From NCBI GenBank assembly GCA_046542505.1, contig JBKHBH010000012.1, positions 1-35,344 of the forward strand: DNA of 35,344 bases, given 5' to 3'. Positions 8,450 to 16,868 of this stretch are shown here, piece after piece. The stretch is from Thermovirgaceae bacterium (GTDB lineage Bacteria > Synergistota > Synergistia > Synergistales > Thermovirgaceae). Numbering within the stretch: position 1 is the first letter of the stretch; each line of letters begins with the position of its first letter. Position numbers and translations under genes: made by a program. The notes beneath the pieces were generated by a model. It was not told where the DNA came from. It did not search any database and was given only the letters and a program-made list of their open reading frames with translations.

Positions 8450-9126
8450 ATGGAAGAAAGAGCCCATATTGTTTTGTTTCGGGAAATGTTCGGGTCCTGG
8501 GAGGAGACCCTGGAAGCCTTCATTCTGTTCAGGAAGGATGAAGGGTTTGCCGACAGGACACTCAAGGACTACCGCTATACCGTCTCCCGTTTCTTCCGGG
8601 AGCACCCCACAGCATGGGACCCATCAAATACCCGGGCCGCTGTCTTGTCTTATCTCGGGCAAGACGGTATCGCACCGACGACCTTCATCATACGAAGGAA
8701 GTATCTCAAGGCATTCTTCTCGTGGCTTGTGAAAGAAGGAGCCTTCCCGGAAAACCCCGTTCGTGGCATCCGGACCAGGAAGGCGGAACCCCGTGTGGTG
8801 CAGCACTCGGCAGAGATTCTTCAAAAACTTCTCCGCCTTCCCGACAAGTCTTCCTATTGTGGTAAGCGTGACTCTGCACTCATGTGCCTGTCCCTCGATA
8901 CAGCCATCCGGCCCTCTGAAGCACTCTCGCTTCTTATAGAAGATGTGGACCTTGAAGACATGTTAGTCAACATTAGAGCATCCATAGCAAAGACTCGCAG
9001 GAGCCGAATACTCCTCTTCTCAACAGAAACGGCAAAGTCAATTCAGGGCATGCTCATGGCACGGCCCAAAGAATGGGGCTCACCTTTTCTTTTTACCAGC
9101 CATGAAGGGAAGCAATTCAGAGCCTC
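8450..9126 (+). pseudogene. Tyrosine recombinase/integrase, C-terminally truncated
   Basis: SAM-like N-domain (RTLKDY, LKAFFSWL, ENPV), RDSALMCLSLDTAIRPSEAL (catalytic Arg) and KTRRSR (Lys). Similarity ends at the IS end at 9127, with no HxxR or catalytic Tyr. The frame runs on to a stop at 9205 inside the IS. Confidence 0.85.
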
Positions 9127-9492
9127 AGTCAAGTCCCAGAACTGCGGTAAATTTGGACCCGGTTACATATATTCACCGCCACGTCCTCTGATTGAGCCAT
9201 GTTGACTGGCTGTTTCATTGAGGCCTTTCCTTCCGTTCCCGTTCCGCCTTCGATTCCAGCGCATGCTTGAGGAGGTCCTTGACCACCGATTGAAGGCAGG
9301 TCTAGTCTCCCTGCAACAGGGACTGGACAATTTCGTTGTCAAGATTTCTGTCGTTTTTGTCACCGGTTCACCCCTTCGGTTTGTGTTTTCTCACTGACTA
9401 CACTGTAACCGAAGTCCCGGTGGTTTTTGTCTTCCCATCGATTGCCGCTTTTTTTTCAGACGACTTTTTTACAGCACTTCAGGGGCTCGATC
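9127..9492 (-). mobile_element. Internally deleted IS256-family element (366 bp, both ends retained)
   Basis: Imperfect terminal inverted repeats AGTCAAGTCCCAGAACTGCGGTAAA (9127-9151) and GATCGAGCCCCTGAAGTGCTGTAAA (minus, 9492-9468), 18/25 identical. The minus strand has RBS+GTG at 9363 and a frameshifted NLDNEIVQSLLQGD*TCLQSVVKDLLKHALE resembling IS256 transposase N-termini. Confidence 0.7.
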
Positions 9493-9627
9493 GATCCGCC
9501 CGCAGTTCAAAGTCCTAATGTAACCCTCTTCCTCAATGTTAAAATTATTGAAAGTTCCGCCTTGCATTTAAAGCCTCGGCGAAGGACCCGCTAAAAATTC
9601 GGGCGGAACGGAAAGGTCTGTTTCCAA

Positions 9628-10965
9628 ATGGCCCTTACCCACCGGATCCAGGAATTCGCAGGACCTCTTTCCAACAGGGACATCCGGGCAAACATCGGCT
9701 GGCTTTTGTCCGAAAGGGGCTTCCGGCTGATCGTGAGTTTTCTGGTCAGTATACTTCTGGCCCGTTACCTGGGGCCTCCAAGACTGGGGATCCTCAACTA
9801 TGCCCTCTCGCTGAAAACCTTCTTCGGCGCTTTCGTCTACATGGGGCTGAGCGGACTGCTGGTAAGGGAAATCGTCCGTTCTCCACAAGAAGAACCGGTA
9901 CTCATGGGTACCACCTTCGTCCTGAAAATGCTGGGGGCTTTTTTGGGTTTTCTGATCCTGGCCACCTTCGCCTTCGTTACTGATCCCGCCGCCGGGACCG
10001 AATTCATGGTGGTTTTCATTATTGGTCTAAGTCTCTTCCCGGGAGCCTTCGAGTGCATCGAGTTCTGGTTCGAGGCTTACGTGAGATCCAAATATTCTGC
10101 AATCGCAAAGAACATCGGTTTCACCCTCTCCTCGGGCCTGAAAATCCTGCTGGTTTTCTTCAACTGTGGGCTGGTCACCATAGCCGTCGTTTCCGCCCTG
10201 GAATTTTTTCTCTCGGGAGCCTTGCTGGCGCTCTTTTACTCCCACAAGGGAGGAAAAATCAAGGCCTGGACCTTCCACCTGGAAAAAGCTCTTTACCTGT
10301 TGAGCCAGTCCTGGATAATAATCCTTTCCGGTTTTCTGTCCATGGTTTACCTGAAGGTCGATCAGGTAATGCTGAGGTTCATGGCAGGAACGAAAGGGGT
10401 CGGAATCTACTCCGTAGCAGCCCAGATCTCGGAAGTCTGGTATTTCATAGCCATCTCCATTGCCGCCTCCGTTTTTCCCAGGCTTATCAAACTCAGGAAG
10501 GAAGATCCTGCGCTCTATCACAAGAACCTCCAGCAGGTTTTCGACGTGCTGTTCGTAATATCGCTGACTGTTGCTGTAATATTCCAGATACTGGCGGGAA
10601 GGCTTGTACCGCTTGTTTACGGCGAAGCATACCGGGAGACGGCGGTGATACTGCAGATCCATATATGGGCCGGAATCTTCATGTTCCAGAGGGCCCTGTT
10701 GAGTAGATGGTTTTTCATAGAGCACGCCCTGCGCTTTTCCCTCTACAGCCACGGTCTGGGAGCTCTTTCGAACATCCTGCTTAACCTGGCGCTGATTCCT
10801 GTACTAGAGGGCCGTGGAGCAGCCGTGGCAACAATAATAAGTTATGGTATGTCCTCCTACTTTTTCCTTTTCCTCTGGTCCATGACAAGGCCCATGGGAA
10901 GGATGATAACCAGATCCTACATGCTCCCGCTTCGACTTTATTCAAAATGGAGGCAGGGAAGATAA
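9628..10965 (+). CDS. wzx: Wzx-type oligosaccharide flippase (MOP/MATE-like)
   Basis: ANIGWLLSER, LARYLGP..G, YLKVDQVML, GIYSVA, NILLNLALIP..GAAVAT; many transmembrane segments. Confidence 0.92.
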   Translation: MALTHRIQEFAGPLSNRDIRANIGWLLSERGFRLIVSFLVSILLARYLGPPRLGILNYALSLKTFFGAFVYMGLSGLLVREIVRSPQEEPVLMGTTFVLKMLGAFLGFLILATFAFVTDPAAGTEFMVVFIIGLSLFPGAFECIEFWFEAYVRSKYSAIAKNIGFTLSSGLKILLVFFNCGLVTIAVVSALEFFLSGALLALFYSHKGGKIKAWTFHLEKALYLLSQSWIIILSGFLSMVYLKVDQVMLRFMAGTKGVGIYSVAAQISEVWYFIAISIAASVFPRLIKLRKEDPALYHKNLQQVFDVLFVISLTVAVIFQILAGRLVPLVYGEAYRETAVILQIHIWAGIFMFQRALLSRWFFIEHALRFSLYSHGLGALSNILLNLALIPVLEGRGAAVATIISYGMSSYFFLFLWSMTRPMGRMITRSYMLPLRLYSKWRQGR

Positions 10966-10966
10966 A

Positions 10967-12286
10967 ATGCTCACCCTTTCGGATGTAATCCAAAACCGGC
11001 TTTGCTGCAGCTGCGGCGCCTGCTCCGCGGCCTGCCCGACGGGCGCGGTGGATTTCGTGGAAACCACCGGGGGCAATATCCAGCCCCACATCGATCACGA
11101 AAAGTGTATTTCCTGCGGACGCTGCGTATCCGTCTGCCCAGGTGCGAGGCTCGCCGGCGAGGTACTCCGTAACATGCCCGAAGACATCTTTTCCGGCAAC
11201 GTCCTGGGATCTTACGTGGGAAAGGCCGGATACAGGGAAATCCATGAAGGAGGACAGGGGGGAGGTGTTGTCACTGCCCTTCTGCGGCATGCCTTCGAAA
11301 ATGACATGATAGATTCAGCAACGGCGGTTTCCATGGGATGGGGAGCTCCACCGAGGCCTCAACCAAGGCTTATAACCGACGTCGAGGAGCTTTACCTTGC
11401 CCAGGGATCGAAATACGCGCCGGTCCCCCTGCTTTCGGTACTCAAGGACAACGCTGAAAAAGGCCACCGGATAGCTTTCGCAGGCCTTCCCTGCCAGGTT
11501 CAGGGGCTGAGGAACCTGGCTTCCGTGGTTCCCGCTTTTCAGGAGAAAATCGTCATCACCATTGGTCTTTTTTGCGACCGGACCCTTACGGCGGCGGCAA
11601 TTGACTTTCTGATAACCGAAGCAGGGCTGACAAAAGATGACCGGTGCAGGCTCTCTTTCAGGGACAAGTCCTGCGGCGGCTTTCCGGGCAACGTATCGAT
11701 AAGGACCGAAGACGGCCGAACAAGGGTGCTCGAGGCAAAAAAACGCATGGAGATAAAGGATCTTTTTACCCCGCCGCGGTGCAGGATATGTTTCGACAAG
11801 ATGAACGTCTTTTGCGACCTGGCGGTGGGAGACCCTTGGGGAGTCAGGGAATATGACAGGAACCAGGGTGAATCCGTCATTGTCACAAGAACAAAAAAAG
11901 GGGAAAACTTCCTGGATTCGGCCATGGCTTCGGGGTCTATTCTGGCCAGGGAAGCTTCCTGCTACAGCATCCTCAAAGGGCAGCGCATTCACGAGAAACG
12001 AAGGGTTTGTACGAACTACCTGGCGGCCTGGAGGGATTTGGGCTATCATTTACCCGACTATGCGAAAAAAATCATGGATATTCCTGCGTCTTCTTCCGGT
12101 AATTTCCGCCGCTCCCTTCTCAGATCCGTAAGACTGGACGATTTAGCCTCCCGCAGGGAGCTTCTGGAAGAAGCAGCAAAAGAAACGCGATTTGTAAAAA
12201 TAAAAAGTAGCCTACAGTTTCCCTTGAAAATACTCCGTGGAATGATATCCTTCGCAGCCGCTTTTTTCAATGGGAAGAAGGAGTGA
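10967..12286 (+). CDS. Coenzyme F420 hydrogenase/dehydrogenase beta subunit (FrhB/FdhB)-like protein with N-terminal 2x[4Fe-4S] domain
   Basis: CCSCGACSAACP and CISCGRCVSVCP, GGVVTALL, QGSKY, GLPCQV, IGLFC, CRICFD, DLAVGDPW. Confidence 0.9.
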   Translation: MLTLSDVIQNRLCCSCGACSAACPTGAVDFVETTGGNIQPHIDHEKCISCGRCVSVCPGARLAGEVLRNMPEDIFSGNVLGSYVGKAGYREIHEGGQGGGVVTALLRHAFENDMIDSATAVSMGWGAPPRPQPRLITDVEELYLAQGSKYAPVPLLSVLKDNAEKGHRIAFAGLPCQVQGLRNLASVVPAFQEKIVITIGLFCDRTLTAAAIDFLITEAGLTKDDRCRLSFRDKSCGGFPGNVSIRTEDGRTRVLEAKKRMEIKDLFTPPRCRICFDKMNVFCDLAVGDPWGVREYDRNQGESVIVTRTKKGENFLDSAMASGSILAREASCYSILKGQRIHEKRRVCTNYLAAWRDLGYHLPDYAKKIMDIPASSSGNFRRSLLRSVRLDDLASRRELLEEAAKETRFVKIKSSLQFPLKILRGMISFAAAFFNGKKE

Positions 12287-13440
12287 CAAAAGTGTTTATT
12301 GAAATCAAGGGGGCGGAGTTCGTCAACAGGGGGGCGGAACTTATGCTCCGGGCGATCCTTCAGCGACTGCGGCCAGAGTTCCCCGGGGCCTGTTTTGTCC
12401 TTGCTCCATGGCTGGGCCGTGACAATAAGAAAAAAAGAGAGGAACTGGGGCTTTACAAAAAAATTTGGTTTCCTTCAAAGTGGGGTATCCAGCCGGGCTA
12501 CCTGGGCAACCTGGTTCCAGAAAAATTACGCAGGATCCGTGGATTTGTTGTTCATAACGAGATTTCCGTGGCCCTCGACTCTTCGGGCTTCGCTTATACC
12601 GACCAGATGGGAGAGGACAAGACCCTGGACATGGCAAAGGCCGCCAAAAGATGGGGCAAGCTGGGAACTTCGGTCGTCCTGCTACCCCAGGCTTTTGGAC
12701 CCTTTTCCTCCCGGAAAATTCGCTCGGCTTTCAGAACCATAGCCGAAAACTCCGAATACATCTTTCCCCGGGATGACGTATCCTACAGGTACGTTACGGA
12801 ACTGGCCGGGGAATCCCCCCGGATCATCCAGGTACCGGATTTCACCATAGGGGTAAGGGGCGTTGTCCCCGAAATCTTTCCGGAGGGACGCGTCGCAATA
12901 GTCCCAAACAGACACATGATCGGCAAAACGTCCAGGGAGGAAAGTTCAAGGTACGTGCCGTTTCTGGTATCCTGCATAAGAACCCTTGTTTCGGCCGGTG
13001 AAAAACCTTTCTTCCTGATCCACGAAGACAAAGGGGACCTGGAGATTGCCGAAAAAATTAATGCCGAATTTGATCCAGGCCTTTACATATACCAGGAAGA
13101 AGACCCCCTGCGTCTGAAGGGGACCATCGGCAGGTGCAAGGGAATGATAGGCTCCAGATTTCACGGCCTGGTAAGCGCGCTTTCCCAGGGAATACCGGCT
13201 TTCGCCGTAGGATGGAGCCACAAATACGAGGCTCTTTACAGGGACTTCAACTTTCGCGAGGGCATGCTTTCCCTGGACCTGGAAGGGCGGGAACTCGAGG
13301 ACAGGTTGAAGCCCCTGCTTGATCCCTGCTCGGGGAAAGAACTCAGCGTCAGATTGGAATCTGCAAAAGAGGAAAACATGATAAAAGTCGAAAAAATGTG
13401 GGAGTTAGTTATCGGACTCATTAGGAGCAAAACTGGCTGA
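12283..13440 (+). CDS. Polysaccharide pyruvyl transferase family protein (WcaK-like)
   Basis: NRGAELML, LPQAFGPF, IFPRDDVSY, VPD, IGSRFHGLVSALSQGIP, WSHKY; GTGA overlap with the upstream stop. Confidence 0.9.
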   Translation: MTKVFIEIKGAEFVNRGAELMLRAILQRLRPEFPGACFVLAPWLGRDNKKKREELGLYKKIWFPSKWGIQPGYLGNLVPEKLRRIRGFVVHNEISVALDSSGFAYTDQMGEDKTLDMAKAAKRWGKLGTSVVLLPQAFGPFSSRKIRSAFRTIAENSEYIFPRDDVSYRYVTELAGESPRIIQVPDFTIGVRGVVPEIFPEGRVAIVPNRHMIGKTSREESSRYVPFLVSCIRTLVSAGEKPFFLIHEDKGDLEIAEKINAEFDPGLYIYQEEDPLRLKGTIGRCKGMIGSRFHGLVSALSQGIPAFAVGWSHKYEALYRDFNFREGMLSLDLEGRELEDRLKPLLDPCSGKELSVRLESAKEENMIKVEKMWELVIGLIRSKTG

Positions 13441-13505
13441 AACCATCAAGCAGTATGAATTTGCAAGAAGGACTATCCCGGCAGAAAGGCATGCAGAGGA
13501 ACCTG

Positions 13506-14429
13506 ATGAAGACAAAGATAAGTATCATAGTCCCGGTATACAACGACCCAGAGGGGTTGAAAGACACCCTGGAATCCCTCGTGGCCCAGGATTTTCCACG
13601 GTCAGGTTTTGAAATTGTGGTCGTGGACAATGGTTCCACCGACAACACCCACGAATTGGCAGAAAGTTTCTCCGCACTTCACCCGAACATCGTCAAGGTG
13701 GCCATTGAAGCCAGGTTCAGGACATCCTACGCGGCCAGAAACAAGGGCATAAGGAGCAGCTCAGGGGAAATTCTGTGTTTCATAGACGCCAATATGACGG
13801 TGGATTCAGACTGGCTCAACAAAGTGTCAGAGCTTTTTTCCTCGGAAGCGGTGGACGCCGTCGGGTTTCACGTCAAGATCATGAGGGAAAACGGCTCCGG
13901 CATAACATCGCTGTACAACAAGGTCACGGGATTTCCCGTCAAAAGATATATCGAAAGAGCCGGTTTCGCCCCGACCTGCTGTCTGGCCGTAAGGCATTCG
14001 GTAATAGAACAGGTCGGCCCTTTCGACTGGCGGTTGATGTCCAGTGGAGACGTGGAATTCGGACACCGCCTTACAGGATCGGGGTTTTCTCTCCATTACG
14101 AAGCTTCCATTGTTATGTATCATCCCGCACGGGAAACCTTCGCCTCTCTGACCAAAAAATACGTGAGGATAGGAAGGGGATTGAGGCAGCTGAGAGTTTT
14201 CTATCCGGAAAGGTACAAGCCCTCGTATTTCATGAAACGGAACCAGCTGCCCCTGAATCCCATGGAATTCACCGAATGGGTCCGTAATACCCCGGAAGCC
14301 GCAAAACACTGGATAGGGATGACCATACTGCTTTATTGCATAGCCTGGTTAACCAAATTCATCAAGATCTTCGGCTATTTCAAAGAAGCGCTGAAACCAA
14401 AAAGGCTTCCCCAGCTTGGAACGGAGTAA
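13506..14429 (+). CDS. Glycosyltransferase family 2
   Basis: ISIIVPVYN, EIVVVDNGSTD, AARNKGI, ILCFIDAN. ATG 13506 has GAGGA upstream; the frame is open from 13455. Confidence 0.92.
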   Translation: MKTKISIIVPVYNDPEGLKDTLESLVAQDFPRSGFEIVVVDNGSTDNTHELAESFSALHPNIVKVAIEARFRTSYAARNKGIRSSSGEILCFIDANMTVDSDWLNKVSELFSSEAVDAVGFHVKIMRENGSGITSLYNKVTGFPVKRYIERAGFAPTCCLAVRHSVIEQVGPFDWRLMSSGDVEFGHRLTGSGFSLHYEASIVMYHPARETFASLTKKYVRIGRGLRQLRVFYPERYKPSYFMKRNQLPLNPMEFTEWVRNTPEAAKHWIGMTILLYCIAWLTKFIKIFGYFKEALKPKRLPQLGTE

Positions 14430-14459
14430 CACCCGGAAGCCGCAAAACGCCCGCCCGCT

Positions 14460-14867
14460 TCAGCAGGGAAGACCCTTTTTGCAGACGGTGTCAATGTTCA
14501 TGAGAATCTCGATATTTTCCAGTGGATTTTCGTCCAGCACGATAAAATCGGCCGCCTTCCCCTCTTCCGGCATGCCTAAACGGCCGTCGATCCCGAGTAC
14601 TTCCGCGGCCTTCCCCGTGGCGGATTTCAGCGCATCCATTGCTGACATACCCGCATCCATCATCAGCTTGAGCTTTAGGGCGGCCCCATCGTGCAGGTTG
14701 AAGGAAGTTTCCGAGTCAGTGCCCAATGCCACCTTGACACCCCTTTCGTGGGCTTCTCTGAAGCTTTCCAGGTGAAGGTCGGATATTCTTTTGGCCTTTT
14801 CCACCGCGAAGGAATGAATCCCCCATCGAAGCCGTGTTTCGTGTTTTATTATGAAATAAGGCGCCAC
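14460..14867 (-). pseudogene. Metal-dependent amidohydrolase, C-terminal fragment
   Basis: GVKVALGTD, AGMSAMDALKSATGKAAEVLG, EGKAADFIVLDENPLENI. The N-terminal metal-binding region is absent and there is no room for it before the att repeat. Confidence 0.8.
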
Positions 14868-14922
14868 CAGTTCGGAGGTAGTAAACTTTTGGGGATAGCC
14901 GAGTTTCGGTATACAAACAGGA

Positions 14923-14958
14923 AGGCCGTTGCTATATCCCCTGAGCTACAGGCCCGGA
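14923..14958. repeat. att direct repeat copy 2 (displaced 5' fragment of tRNA-Arg)
   Basis: AGGCCGTTGCTATATCCCCTGAGCTACAGGCCCGGA; one mismatch to 8249-8284; no T-arm or CCA follows. Confidence 0.93.
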
Positions 14959-14994
14959 AAACAGAGGATATATTGCCATGGGTGGAGTTTGAGT

Positions 14995-15942
14995 TCAATG
15001 CTCGCAGGACCCGGTATAAGAGATCCCCTGTCCATCCTTCGCCAGCCAGATGCCGAGTTTTTCTCCCAAACGATCCCAAGTTTGCCGGGTATGTGACACA
15101 TCGGCTCTAATCCTGGCAAGAAGTTCCTCCACACCGGCAAAACGCATCTCGTTCCTGATCCGGTCGAAAAAAAACAGATAAAGTTGTTTCCCGTACAAAT
15201 CATTTTCGCAGCCGAGAATATGGGCTTCGACACGAAGTCCCCGTACTCCATTGAAAGTCGGGTTGTATCCGATGTTGACGGCTGAGGGATAAAGGCCCCA
15301 TTCACAGAGGACCGCACCGGAGTATACGCCCCTGTCGGGAACAGTCTTTTCAGGAGGAAGACGAAGATTCGCCGTCGGGAAACCGAGCTTTTGGCCCCTT
15401 CCGTCACCGTGAACGACATTTCCCATAACAAAGAAAGGGTACCCCAACATTTCGCCGGCAGCGGCAACATCACCGGCTGTGACCATTCTCCTGACGGCGG
15501 AACTGCTTACTTTTTCGTTTTCCACCAGAACAGGCGGGACGACACGGACATCCCATCCCTTTTTTTCGCCAAGGGACCTCATCAATGCCGCATCCCCGCT
15601 TCTTGCCTTGCCAAACCGAAAGTCCTCTCCCACGACAACACCCTGTAGAAAATATTTTTTTTCAAGACAATCGACGAATTCTTCCGGTGAGAGCTCCGCG
15701 AGTACTCGCGTAAAGGGCAGACGGATTAATTCGGGAATTTCAAGCTTTCTGACAAGAAAATCTTTTTCCCTTTCCGTAAAGAGCATCGGAAAAGGCGCTT
15801 CTTTCAAAAGGGACTGGGGATGCGGGAAAAAGGTGATAACACCCCAGGAGTCGTGTTTTCGCTCCGCCATCTTCCGGGCTTTTGAAAACAGCTTCCGGTG
15901 TCCCCTGTGAAAGCCGTCAAATGCTCCGATCGCGGCGATCAT
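14995..15942 (-). CDS. ribF: Bifunctional riboflavin kinase/FAD synthetase
   Basis: IGAFDGFHRGH, VVGEDFRFG, VSSSAVR, GFPTANL, NIGYNPTF, EAHIL, IRNEMRF. Confidence 0.97.
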   Translation of the reverse strand: MIAAIGAFDGFHRGHRKLFSKARKMAERKHDSWGVITFFPHPQSLLKEAPFPMLFTEREKDFLVRKLEIPELIRLPFTRVLAELSPEEFVDCLEKKYFLQGVVVGEDFRFGKARSGDAALMRSLGEKKGWDVRVVPPVLVENEKVSSSAVRRMVTAGDVAAAGEMLGYPFFVMGNVVHGDGRGQKLGFPTANLRLPPEKTVPDRGVYSGAVLCEWGLYPSAVNIGYNPTFNGVRGLRVEAHILGCENDLYGKQLYLFFFDRIRNEMRFAGVEELLARIRADVSHTRQTWDRLGEKLGIWLAKDGQGISYTGSCEH

Positions 15943-16868
15943 GGATCCCGTCGACGCCCCTCTCCGATCAAAATGTTCGTCTCAGGCTTGAGCATGGTTT
16001 TTCCGGCGGTACGCACGCATTTTGCAAAAGAGAAGACACCTTTTGCCTGGAGAACAATGATCCCCGTATCCTCATGCCCTCCCCAGTTCTTCCTTTCGAG
16101 CTGTTCCGGTCCCAGGGCATTCCCGTTACGCAGAAGCTCACTGGATTCAGGGGGCACTATATAGTGCGGGAAGGCATCGGCAAGGATTTCCGGACCTTTC
16201 AAGTTTTTCTGGATGCAACCATCTTCCAGATCCTCCGCCTTCATTGCCTCGGAAACACTGAAGGGACCGATGGCCGTTCTCTTCAATTTCAATACGGAGG
16301 CAAAGGTCCCAAGCATCCGTCCCAGATCCCGGACGATGCTCCTTACATAAGTCCCCTTCCCACATTTCACGTTAAACCTGATGGTTCCCGATTCACAATC
16401 ATACTCGTAGAACCTGATATGCGATATATATACTGCCCTTGCAGGCAGATCAACGGGTTTTCCCTCCCTGGCAAGACAATGGGCTCTTTTCCCGCCGATG
16501 TGGACGGCGGAAATCCTGGGTGGTCTTTGATATGTCCATCCAAGAAATGCCGCAAGAGTCCGTCGGATCTCCTTTTCCGACACGCGGGTCACACCGGAGG
16601 TTGCTACCGGGGATCCCTCGCTGTCGAGGGTATCCGTTTCCATACCCAGAAGGGCCGTCACGTCATACGTCTTGGGGAGGCACATGACATACTGCGAAGC
16701 TCTGGTCATCCTTCCGAAAAGCAGAACGAGCAGGCCCTCAGCCGTGGAGTCGAGCGTCCCTGCATGACCTACTTTCACCCTGCGGCCGAGATGTTTTCGA
16801 AGGACGTTGACGCAGGCTGTGCTCCTTGAACCTCTCGCTTTATCCAGAAGGAGAAAACCGGTTTCCAT
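15939..16868 (-). CDS. truB: tRNA pseudouridine(55) synthase
   Basis: KVGHAGTLD, ETDTLDSEG, QRPPRISAV, CGKGTYVRS, LKRTAIGPF; position between rbfA/DHH and ribF. Confidence 0.96.
   Translation of the reverse strand: METGFLLLDKARGSRSTACVNVLRKHLGRRVKVGHAGTLDSTAEGLLVLLFGRMTRASQYVMCLPKTYDVTALLGMETDTLDSEGSPVATSGVTRVSEKEIRRTLAAFLGWTYQRPPRISAVHIGGKRAHCLAREGKPVDLPARAVYISHIRFYEYDCESGTIRFNVKCGKGTYVRSIVRDLGRMLGTFASVLKLKRTAIGPFSVSEAMKAEDLEDGCIQKNLKGPEILADAFPHYIVPPESSELLRNGNALGPEQLERKNWGGHEDTGIIVLQAKGVFSFAKCVRTAGKTMLKPETNILIGEGRRRDP

Larger units (their letters stand above)
8249..14958. mobile_element. Degenerate integrative island inserted at tRNA-Arg(CCT)
   Basis: Flanking 36-bp direct repeats, integrase beside one repeat, cargo mostly on the opposite strand to all neighbouring core genes, IS remnant and gene fragment inside. 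Confidence 0.88.

Noticed and set aside
9163..9363. 66-aa minus-strand ORF as a real small protein
   Set aside because: It is the frameshifted start of the decayed IS256-like transposase.
10967..12286. Functional F420-reducing hydrogenase or methanogen origin
   Set aside because: No large or small hydrogenase subunits or maturation genes; context is a bacterial glycan cassette.
14923..14958. Second tRNA gene
   Set aside because: Only the 5' 33 nt are present, with no T-arm, 3' acceptor strand or CCA; treated as an att remnant.
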